Assembly (NCBI GenBank): GCA_016288055.1
Contig: JAEEXZ010000003.1
Coordinates: forward strand, 10,553-74,552
Source of the DNA: Bacteroidales bacterium
GTDB lineage: Bacteria; Bacteroidota; Bacteroidia; Bacteroidales; UBA932
DNA: 64,000 nucleotides
Reading direction: 5' to 3'
A program made the position numbers and the translations under genes. Below are positions 29,110 through 37,500 of this stretch, piece by piece; position 1 is the first letter of the stretch; each line of letters begins with the position of its first letter. The notes beneath the pieces are model-generated. The model was not told the DNA's origin. It did not search any database and saw nothing but the letters and a program-made list of their open reading frames with translations.

Positions 29110-30218
29110 TATAACTTCTTGCGAAGATAGCTGCGGATTTCGGCGGCGTTGCGGGCCTGGGCCTCGGTGTCGATGGCTCCGTCCACGATGAACCAGACCA
29201 TCGGCAGGCTGCCGATTCCGTAGGAGCTCACGTAGGGAGACATGGCGCCGCGCGTGTCGCAGACGTTCACCCAAGGGAGCTGCTGGTTACGGACTGCCGA
29301 TGCCCAGGTAGCCTTGTCGCTGTCCAGGGAGACGGCATAGATTTCAAATCCCTTTCCATGGAATTCTTCGTACAGGGGAAGAAGGCTGTCCAGATTGAAC
29401 ATCTTCTGCTCCGCCGTGGAAGACCAGAAATAGACCATGGTAACCTTGCCCAGGGATTCGCTGAGCTTGGTGGTTTTACCTTCCATTGAAGGCAGGGCGA
29501 TGTCGATGAAGCCCACCTCGTCGGCGTTGTCCAGACGGTTCTGCAGGTCGATGAGGGAAATGCGGCGGACAGCCTCCTTCTCCAGGGCCTTCACATAGCG
29601 GGATTCAGGATAGGCCTGTTTGAGGGTGTCGGCCACGCTGCGCATCACAAGCCCGTCAGTATTCTGTCCGAAGACCGGCAGCCCGGGGTTCACCTGCTGG
29701 AACAGCACGGGAACGACGGTGAGGGAGTGACTGTTGGTGACCACATACTTGAGACGGTCCCTGTAATACTGGATATAGCAACGGGAAAGTTCCGGATCCG
29801 GGTTCGCGGAACGGTCCAGGATGCGCTGCATCTCACGCATGAAAGCGCTGTAGTCCTTTTCCACCTGCTGAAGCTTGAGGGATTCTTCTGAACCCTCCAC
29901 GCTGTACACGCCCAGCGTATCGGTTTCCACGTGGACCTTGTCTCCCTTCTGCAACAGGAGAGAGGCTATCTGCTTTTCGCCGTAGAACAGATAGATGAAT
30001 TCGGGTTTCCCCTGGGCGATATCCAGCTTGTAGCGGAAAGCGCCCTTGTTATCTGTCTTGACGGTATCCAAGACCTGGAAGCGGTTTACATCCAGAAGCT
30101 TAACGGTGACGGCTTTGCCGGCACCCTCGTGGAGCGTACCTTCAATCTGGGTATTCTTGCCGCAAGCGGCAGCCAGCAGCACCACAGCGGCTGCGGCAAA
30201 GAGCTTAGAGCTTTTCAT
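29109..30218 (-). CDS. DUF4369/TlpA-AhpC-like thioredoxin-fold lipoprotein (no CxxC)
   Basis: AAAC lipobox; C-terminal VYFWS...FEIYAVSLD...LPWVNV. Confidence 0.8.
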   Translation of the reverse strand: MKSSKLFAAAAVVLLAAACGKNTQIEGTLHEGAGKAVTVKLLDVNRFQVLDTVKTDNKGAFRYKLDIAQGKPEFIYLFYGEKQIASLLLQKGDKVHVETDTLGVYSVEGSEESLKLQQVEKDYSAFMREMQRILDRSANPDPELSRCYIQYYRDRLKYVVTNSHSLTVVPVLFQQVNPGLPVFGQNTDGLVMRSVADTLKQAYPESRYVKALEKEAVRRISLIDLQNRLDNADEVGFIDIALPSMEGKTTKLSESLGKVTMVYFWSSTAEQKMFNLDSLLPLYEEFHGKGFEIYAVSLDSDKATWASAVRNQQLPWVNVCDTRGAMSPYVSSYGIGSLPMVWFIVDGAIDTEAQARNAAEIRSYLRKKL

Positions 30219-30609
30219 ACTCGGAGAAAATTTTGGCTGCAATTTCTTTCATCTCGCCGGGTTCCAGGCTGAGCTTGGCCTTGCGGAAGTCCAGGTCCCC
30301 TTCCGTCTGGAGGGGCACCAGGTGAATATGCGTATGGGGGACCTCCATGCCCAGGACAGCCACACCGATCCGCTTGCACGGGACGGCGGCCTTCAGGGCT
30401 ACGGCCACCTTGCGGGCAAAAGCCCACAGGCCCTCGTAAGTCTTCTGGTCCAGGTGGAAGATATAGTCGTCCTCCACATGTTTGGGGATGACGAGCGTGT
30501 GTCCCTTGGCAAGCGGGGAAATATCCAGGAAGGCATAGAAGTCTTCGTTTTCCGCGCACTTGTAGGAAGGGATTTCGCCTGCGGCGATTTTGGTGAAAAT
30601 GGTAGCCAT
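30205..30609 (-). CDS. HIT family hydrolase
   Basis: MATIFTKI, AFLDISP, GHTLVIPK and HTHIHLVP. Confidence 0.93.
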   Translation of the reverse strand: MATIFTKIAAGEIPSYKCAENEDFYAFLDISPLAKGHTLVIPKHVEDDYIFHLDQKTYEGLWAFARKVAVALKAAVPCKRIGVAVLGMEVPHTHIHLVPLQTEGDLDFRKAKLSLEPGEMKEIAAKIFSEYEKL

Positions 30610-30610
30610 C

Positions 30611-31078
30611 TTACAGGGAAATTTCCACAATTTCAAACTTCATGACACCGCTGGGCACCTTCGCCTCGACGGTTTCTCCCTTGCTGTGGCCGATGAGCGC
30701 CTTGGCGATGGGAGTGGTGGCGGCGAGAAGGCCCTTGGAGAAATCGGCCTCGGTTTCGGGGACGATCTGGAAGTTCATCACCATCTTGTTGGCAAGGTTC
30801 TTCACCTTTACCTTGGAGAGGAGCTGCACGGTGTCGGCGGAGAGTTTGCTCTCGTCGATTACACGGGCGTTCGCCACCTTCTCCTTCAGACGGGCGATTT
30901 TCACTTCCAGCAGCCCCTGTGCATCACGGGCCGCATCATATTCCGCATTTTCGGAAAGGTCGCCTTTCTCGCGGGCCTCTGCGATAGCGGCAGAAATCAC
31001 CGGCCGCTGGGCCAGTGCTTCGGCGAGTTCCTGCTTAAGCTTGTCCAGACCCGCCTGAGTCATCATTTCGATAGCCAT
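30611..31078 (-). CDS. greA: Transcription elongation factor GreA
   Basis: AREKGDLSENAEYDAA; PIAKALIG. Confidence 0.96.
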   Translation of the reverse strand: MAIEMMTQAGLDKLKQELAEALAQRPVISAAIAEAREKGDLSENAEYDAARDAQGLLEVKIARLKEKVANARVIDESKLSADTVQLLSKVKVKNLANKMVMNFQIVPETEADFSKGLLAATTPIAKALIGHSKGETVEAKVPSGVMKFEIVEISL

Positions 31079-31101
31079 ATTGTTGTGATTTTTCCTTTGT
31101 C

Positions 31102-31157
31102 AAAAAAACAGCCGACGACCGCTTCCGGCCGTCGAGCTCTATGTCTGCACAAAGATA
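31102..31157 (-). promoter_or_regulatory. greA promoter (-7 TATCTTTG) with a terminator-like leader hairpin
   Basis: -7 motif at 31150-31157; hairpin CGACGGCCG-GAAG-CGGTCGTCG followed by T7 before the ATG. Confidence 0.55.
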
Positions 31158-31218
31158 GAAATTAATTTTGGAAAAAACTATTCCCGTTCATTTTACCGCC
31201 CTGTCACCCCCCTCCGCC

Positions 31219-31441
31219 GCAGGTGACACGGCAAACTGCCGCAGGTGGAGCGCCAAACTGCTGCAGGTGGAGCGCCGAACTGCCGCAGGTGACACGGCAA
31301 ACTGCTGCAGGTGGGCATTTTTGTGCACCACCTGCCACGCAAAATAGCCACTGGTGCGTTCCAGCGCCGCAGGTGGCAAAGGTTTTTGCCCACCTGCAAC
31401 AATTCACTTTCCCACCTGCGACATTTCATTGTTCCACCTGC
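31219..31441. repeat. Left GCAGGTG/CACCTGC array, 10 copies, 22-bp period
   Basis: GCAGGTG at 31219, 31241, 31263, 31285, 31307 and 31369; CACCTGC at 31329, 31391, 31413 and 31435. Confidence 0.95.
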
Positions 31442-32391
31442 AACGGAGTACTTCCCTGCTGGTCGCCATGTCCCCGTTTGGGGATCAGGTCGGCTACCAG
31501 GTCTCTGGGCATACGCAGACAGCGGGCCAACTGCGGAATGGTTGTCCTGTAGCAGCGATACAGGTAAGGAAGAAGGTGGGCCTTCTGCTCCGGGGACAGT
31601 TCCAGGATTGTCTTTCCGTACCACTTTTCGGCCAGGCGGGAGATGATGGCCTGCATCTCGACATCGGCCTGCTTTTCCCGTCCGTTCAGCACAAGCATCT
31701 GTCGCATCTCCGCCTCGTTGACGGACCCGATGGTCTTGAGGTAGAAGGCCTGATCGTGGTTGAAGGCGCTTTCCAGGTACTGGAAATCACAGGCGCTGAC
31801 AGGCTCCAGGTTACCATCGGCATTCAGTACCCACGGCACTCCCGTCAAATCCTCGTGGGAATGGAACAGCCGTTCCCGTTCGCGACTCGACAAATCGGCC
31901 ACACGGCGGACGCCGGAAGGACATCGGCCCGCCACGAACATCCCCCGGTAGGAGGACCAGCGATAGTCCTCCACACGCCCGCCGGTGCCGACGGCGTTGC
32001 GCGGGATGTAGGCCAGGGCGTTTCTCACATACCAGTCCGTGTCCAGGTACTTGACGCAGATGTCGGACCTCTTTAACAGTTTACTGTCTCCATATTTCCA
32101 ACTAATGTATTGGGAATGACGCTTTTTAATAAGTTCGCCAACCCGGCGAGCCTGTTCAATTCCCGATGAGAGGAGAGCCACATGCCCGTGATTGGACATG
32201 GCGATTTCCGAAACAACCCTGCAACCCATTTTCCAGGCACTCAGGTAAAACGACTTCTGCAAATGGTCGTAGTCCTCGTCATCCCGGCACAGCAATACGG
32301 ATTCCATCCCTTCCAAACTGATGTGGAAGGGGTACAGCTTCCTGAGGCGACCATCCTTCCCCGTTTGGGTGAGTATTCTCTGGAAAGACAT
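31426..32391 (-). CDS. HUH/Y1 tyrosine transposase-like protein (RAYT/IS200 superfamily) with a C-terminal extension
   Basis: FHI..G...L.RDDEDY, MSNHGH (HUH) and ALAYIPRN...DYRWSSY (catalytic Tyr region). Confidence 0.8.
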   Translation of the reverse strand: MSFQRILTQTGKDGRLRKLYPFHISLEGMESVLLCRDDEDYDHLQKSFYLSAWKMGCRVVSEIAMSNHGHVALLSSGIEQARRVGELIKKRHSQYISWKYGDSKLLKRSDICVKYLDTDWYVRNALAYIPRNAVGTGGRVEDYRWSSYRGMFVAGRCPSGVRRVADLSSRERERLFHSHEDLTGVPWVLNADGNLEPVSACDFQYLESAFNHDQAFYLKTIGSVNEAEMRQMLVLNGREKQADVEMQAIISRLAEKWYGKTILELSPEQKAHLLPYLYRCYRTTIPQLARCLRMPRDLVADLIPKRGHGDQQGSTPLQVEQ

Positions 32392-32393
32392 CT

Positions 32394-32774
32394 TCAGTTC
32401 ATCTTAGAGCCAGGATTGGCAGAAGGAAACCCGGCGGGAAACACACCCGAGCCATATTTACTCTTCAGTTTGGCCGCATACTTTTCGAAGTAAGGGATAT
32501 AGCCGAACATCATTGTACTCCAGAATTCTTCGGCCCGTTCATAAGGCTCGGCACATGCCATGATTTCAGCCATCGCCAGACAACGGATCGCCTTGGACGG
32601 ATGGTGATTACTGTTCTTCCATCCTTCATCTACAAGGCCGCTGATTGCCTTCCGGCTCCGTTCTAAGTAAATGGACATCTCCTCCTGGCTAACGTCGCCT
32701 TCCGGGAATTCATAGTCCGTGCTGAAGTGCAGGGAACCGTCCTCGTCCACGAGGACCTCAAGAAACTTTTTCAT
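32394..32774 (-). CDS. Hypothetical protein (126 aa) coupled to the HUH gene
   Basis: ATG 32774 (MKKFLEV) in an A-rich context; stop lies 2 nt before the HUH ATG. Confidence 0.65.
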   Translation of the reverse strand: MKKFLEVLVDEDGSLHFSTDYEFPEGDVSQEEMSIYLERSRKAISGLVDEGWKNSNHHPSKAIRCLAMAEIMACAEPYERAEEFWSTMMFGYIPYFEKYAAKLKSKYGSGVFPAGFPSANPGSKMN

Positions 32775-32931
32775 ATCTGTTTGTGTTTTATGGGCAGACC
32801 TTCGCCCGCCACAAACATAGAAACGTTTTCCCTGCGCGGCAATATCCCCCTGCAGAAATAAAAGTTTTAGCCGATTATTTATATGTTTCAGCCGATGCCC
32901 ACATTTTTTCGGCCGATTTTTACCAACATTC

Positions 32932-33010
32932 CCGTCACGTCCCGGCCACCGTCGCACCCTGACCGCTTTCGCGTCCCGACCGCCGTCGTGCCCTGACCAC
33001 CGTCACGTCC
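32932..33010. repeat. Degenerate 17-bp tandem repeat (about 4.6 units)
   Basis: CCGTCACGTCCCGGCCA / CCGTCGCACCCTGACCG / CTTTCGCGTCCCGACCG / CCGTCGTGCCCTGACCA / CCGTCACGTCC. Confidence 0.7.
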
Positions 33011-33128
33011 ACCCCTCATGGCTCCCACCGAGAGCCAGCCCTTCCTGCCGACATATTCCCGAACACCCCAACCCTTCACCGCCAGGCACTCAGAGTCACA
33101 AAAAAACCACCCAACAACGCTGACCGTC

Positions 33129-33563
33129 GCAGGTGGCACAACGAAGTGTGGCAGGTGGAACAGCAAACCGCTGCAGGTGGAACGGCAAACTGCCGCAGGT
33201 GGGACTGCAAACCGCCGCAGGTGGGACTGCAAACCGCCGCAGGTGGACATTTTTGTGCACCACCTGCCACGCAAAATAGCCACTGGTGCGTTCCTGCGCT
33301 GCAGGTGGCAAAGGTTTTTGCCCACCTGTAACGTTCCGGCCTCCCACCTGCAACGCAAATCGACCACTGGTGCGTTCCAGTGCTGCAGGTGGCAAAGGTT
33401 TTTGCCCACCTGTAACATTCCGGCCTCCCACCTGCAACGCAAATCGGCCACTGGTGCATTCCAGTGCCGCAGGTGGCAAAGGTTTTTGCCCACCTGCAGC
33501 GGTACGGCCGTCCACCTGCGGCACCACGGCCTCCCACCTGCAACATTTCACCACCCCACCTGC
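33129..33563. repeat. Right GCAGGTG/CACCTGY array, 18 copies, 22-bp period with an 84-bp higher-order unit
   Basis: GCAGGTG at 33129, 33151, 33173, 33195, 33217, 33239, 33301, 33385 and 33469; CACCTGY at 33261, 33323, 33345, 33407, 33429, 33491, 33513, 33535 and 33557. Confidence 0.95.
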
Positions 33564-33629
33564 AACGGGGGATGGGATACCGATGGCGCAGGAGAGGCAA
33601 TGCCTGTTTGGGGACTGTGACGGGAGATG

Positions 33630-34556
33630 TCAGCAGGAGCAGGCGTCGCGGTCGAGGATGAGTTGCCGGCGAAGATCTTCGAGGGAAGGGAAGCGGCGCT
33701 CATCGCGGATGCGGCGGAGGAAGCGCAGGCGCAGGGGAAGACCGTAAATATCCTGGTCAAAGGAGAGGATGTGGGTCTCGATGGTGCGCACTTTGCCATC
33801 GACGGTAGGACGTACGCCGATATTGCACATCCCCTTTAGCGTCCGGCCGAGGACCTCCACCTCAACGGCATAGACACCATTCGCCGGAACCAGTTTCAGG
33901 GGTTCATAAAGCTGCATGTTCGCCGTGGGGAAACCGATGGTCCGGCCCATGCGGTTGCCGGAAACGACCACCCCGTACAGGCCATACTTATACCCGAGCA
34001 TGGCATTCGCATCTTCCACTCTTCCCTCTCCCAGGGCCTTCCGAATCTGTGTGGAAGAAATGACAGGAGATTCTTCGCTTCGCTCAGAATGACAGGTGGG
34101 GTCGGAGGAGTTGGAGGGGTTCGGGAGGGGCCCAACGGAGCGTAGCGGAGTTGGGAGGGACGAAGGGTTCGGCACCCCATCCCCCTCCAACTCCAGCGCA
34201 GTCTTCATATCGGAACCGATACGGTTATCATAGCCCATGACGACCAGCGTGGCACCAAAGCGCTCACGGAGCAAGGCCAGATAGTCAGAGGCCGTCATGG
34301 CAGCGAAGTCACGGTCGAAAGGAAGCACCTCTATACGGTCGATGCCGCAGGCGAGCAGCAGCTCCTTCTTCTCTTCCATCGAGCTCAGTAAACGAAAATC
34401 CCTCGCATCCTGTTGCAGGACAGCCCTCGGATGCGGCCAGAACGTGACCACCACAGCCTCCTCTCCCCTCTCACGGGCAGCGGAGACCACCGTCTCAAGG
34501 ACATGACGGTGTCCCAGATGGACACCGTCAAAAAAACCGGTAGTTACTACAGCCAC
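33630..34556 (-). CDS. ribF: Bifunctional riboflavin kinase/FAD synthetase
   Basis: GFFDGVHLGH, ISSTQIR, GRTIGFPTAN, NIGVRPT and ETHI. GTG start at 34556 or 34565 overlaps the upstream stop. Confidence 0.93.
   Translation of the reverse strand: MAVVTTGFFDGVHLGHRHVLETVVSAARERGEEAVVVTFWPHPRAVLQQDARDFRLLSSMEEKKELLLACGIDRIEVLPFDRDFAAMTASDYLALLRERFGATLVVMGYDNRIGSDMKTALELEGDGVPNPSSLPTPLRSVGPLPNPSNSSDPTCHSERSEESPVISSTQIRKALGEGRVEDANAMLGYKYGLYGVVVSGNRMGRTIGFPTANMQLYEPLKLVPANGVYAVEVEVLGRTLKGMCNIGVRPTVDGKVRTIETHILSFDQDIYGLPLRLRFLRRIRDERRFPSLEDLRRQLILDRDACSC
34068..34194. repeat. Two REP-like elements inside ribF
   Basis: AGATTCTTCGCTTCGCTCAGAATGACA at 34068-34094 (25/27 identical to 48898-48924), and an 88-bp element with a 13-bp IR (34107-34119 / 34182-34194). 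Confidence 0.8.
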
Positions 34557-37500
34557 TTTACGCACTCAAAGCTTTGACGGTGAGCCATCAGCGGATGCTT
34601 GGCAAAGGCACGGGCCCCTACCATGTAGGCTCCCGTCTTCTCCGGAAGCACATTCACCGTATATCTGGCCAGACCATCCTTGAACGAAGCCACCTGGAAC
34701 TCCTGCACCTCGACGATGTGCAGTTTTCCGTGGGCATCCTGCTGGGCAAACACCACTTCCAGTCCCACCTCTTCCGGCGTGAGGGAACCCAGGGAGAGTT
34801 CCATCTCGGCATGGTAAGGAGTATCCAGACTGAGGTCGTAATTGATCACAGGTTCGCTGCGGGAAACCAGGCGGACATTTTCCCATTCACGGCGCACGCG
34901 TGTCTTCCAGGCAGCCAGTTCGCGGGCCTGCGCGAAGTCATCGGCCTTGACGGCGTCGGACCCCTTGGCCTGAGGCTCGTAATACTGGTTGATGTAGTCC
35001 GTAAGCATGCGGTTGGTGGTGAAGTTGCAGGCCACCTGCGCGATGGTATTCTTGATATAGCCCACCCACTCGCGGCTGCGGCCGGTGGTACGGTCTATAT
35101 TGTAGTAGGCGGGAGCGATGTCGTTCTCAAGGATCTGGTAGATAGTAGCGGCATCCAGCTCGTTCTGGTAGTTGTTGTCTTCGTAGGCCTGCTCGATAGG
35201 AAGTGCCCAGCCGGCGCCTTCCTTGTAGCCTTCCACCCACCAGCCGTCCAGCACGGAGAAGTGCATGGTGCCGTTCATGGCCGCCTTTTCACCGGACGTA
35301 CCGGAGGCTTCCTGTGGACGGGTAGGGTTGTTCATCCAAACGTCCACACCCTGGACCATGCGCTTGGCCAGCGTGATGTCGTAGCCGGGAACGAAGACGA
35401 TCTTGCCGATGAAACGGGGATCCTTGGAGATATCCACGATCTGCTTGATGAGATCCTGGCCGGCTTTGTCGGCCGGATGGGCCTTGCCGGCGAACAGGAA
35501 CTGGACGGGCTGCGCAGGGTTGTTCACGATGGCGTCCAGACGGTCCAGATCCCGGAACAACAGCGTAGCGCGTTTATACGTAGCGAAGCGCCGGGCAAAG
35601 CCGATGGTAAGGACGTCGTCGCGAAGGTTGTCCAGGATGGTCACCAGCTCGGTGGGGCTGTAGTGATTGCTCACCGTATTGTCCTGCAGACGTTCCCTTA
35701 CGAAATTGATCAGCTTGGTCTTGAGACCCTTCTTCACGCCCCAGACTTCCTCGTCGGAGACGTTGTAGATGCCTTCGAAGCAGGACTTGTCATAGTGATG
35801 CGTCTCGAACTCCGGGCCGAAGACCTTCGCATGCACGGGCTTCCACTCGCGGGCGCACCAGGTGGGATAGTGGACACCGTTGGTGACATAACTCACGAAC
35901 AGTTCCTCCGGCAGATATCCGGGATACATATGGGCGAAGATGTCCTGGGACACCTTCCCGTGCAGCATGGAAACGCCGTTCACGTTCTGGGAGATGTTCG
36001 CGGCAAGGTTGCTCATGGAGAACTTTTCGTGGGCATCCAGCGGATTGTCCTTACCCAGGGACATGAGGGTCTCCCAGTCCACCTTGAGGCGGGCGGGATA
36101 ATGGCCGATGTACTGGCGCAGCAGGCCTTCCTCGAAGGCGTCGTGGCCTGCCGGAACGGGCGTATGCGTAGTAAACAGGGAACTGGCGCGAACCACCTCC
36201 AGAGCCTCGGTGAAGTCCAGATTGTCACGCTCGATGTACTCGCGCAGACGCTCCAGGCCGGTAAAGGCGGCGTGGCCCTCATTGCAGTGGTAAACCTGCG
36301 GATCCAGGCCCAGCTTCCTCAGCAGACGGATACCGCCCACGCCCAGCAGCAGTTCCTGCTTGAGCCGGTTCTCCCAGCTGCCGCCGTACAGGTGATAAGT
36401 CACCTCGCGGTCCTCGGGAGCATTGGCCTCATAGTCCGTATCCATCAGATACAGGTCCGTCCTGCCCACTTCCACCTTCCACAGGCGGGCGGTGAGGGTA
36501 CGGCCCGGGAAGGCCACGGATACCGTAAGCCAGTTGCCGTCCGCGTCGCAGACCGGCGTGGCGGGAATCTTGGTGAAGTCCTGGGCGTCGTAACCTGCCA
36601 CCTGATAACCCTGGGCGGAGAGCAGCTGGTTGAAATAGCCATAGCGGTACAGCAGGCCCACGGCCACCAGGTTGGTGTTCATGTCGGAGGTTTCCTTCAG
36701 GTAGTCGCCGGCCAGGATACCCAGACCGCCGGAATAAATCTTCAGGGAAGTATCCAGACCGTACTCCATGCAGAAGTATGCAATGGAAGGAGACTTGCGC
36801 TCCGCCTTGGCGGCCATGTAAGTATCGAACTCGTCCAGGACCTGCTTCATGCGGGCGAGGAAGTCCTCATCCTTGGAAAGCTGCTGGAAGCGCTTGATGC
36901 TCACGGTATCCAGCACCACCAGCGGATTGTGGCCGCTCTTGTGCCAGACATCCGGGTCAATGGAACGGAACAGATTCTTGGCGCTCTCGTTCCAGCACCA
37001 CCACAGGTTCTTGGACAGCTTCTCCAGGCGGGAGAGTTTTTCCGGCAGGTGACGCGTCACCAGGATGCTTCTCCAACTGGGGTTGGTTACATCGGCTTTG
37101 AAGTACTGCATAGTCTTTTTCTGTGTTTTGTAGGAGTCATGCCGGCTTTCGGCTTTGGCGATAGCCAGGCTGTACGCCTGCTGATAATACTGAATCTGAT
37201 TCTCCCAAAGGGCAATCTGGGCCACCTCGCGGGCATTCTCACGGTACTCCTTGCGCTGCTGCTTGTCCAGGGCGCAGAGTTCCAGGATGCGCGCCACCGT
37301 ACCATCCACGACTTCCTGATAGTTGGTATCGTTGCGCTGGAGAACGGTAATGCCGGGGTGCTCCTTCTTGTAATGGGTTTCCACCCAGAGGCCGAAGCCG
37401 GCCAGCGTCGTGGTGAGGGTGGGCACGCGGAAAGCCAGCGCCTCCAGCGGAGTGTAGCCCCACGGCTCGTAGTAGGACGGGAACAGGGCCAGGTCCAGAC

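Larger units (their letters stand above)
31219..33563. mobile_element. Putative HUH/RAYT-like cassette bracketed by heptamer arrays
   Basis: Two related arrays in the same orientation flank a Y1 transposase-like gene and a hypothetical ORF between housekeeping genes. Mobility is not demonstrated. Confidence 0.6.

Noticed and set aside
28420-29274. Extended N-termini in the ORF track (tsaB from 29274, AraC from 1269, sigma from 20074, PHP-like from 51734, tadA from 53463, hypothetical from 32957)
   Set aside because: The extensions overlap neighbouring genes or promoter motifs. Downstream ATGs fit the family N-termini or the gene packing better.
31219-33563. Arrays as a CRISPR locus
   Set aside because: The constant part is only 7-9 nt, spacers are 15 nt and often related, orientation flips within each array, and no cas genes are in the window.
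31219-33563. CACCTGC as an AarI/PaqCI restriction-site cluster or eukaryotic E-box; arrays as plasmid iterons
   Set aside because: No restriction-modification or rep gene is recognisable nearby. The matches are treated as coincidental, though a methylation role cannot be excluded.
31188-33661. Several overlapping ORFs across the heptamer arrays (e.g. 32888-33493, 33018-33620, 33076-33600, 31193-31624)
   Set aside because: They are open in many frames because the repeats lack stop codons. The 22-bp period is not a multiple of 3 and the translations are low-complexity.
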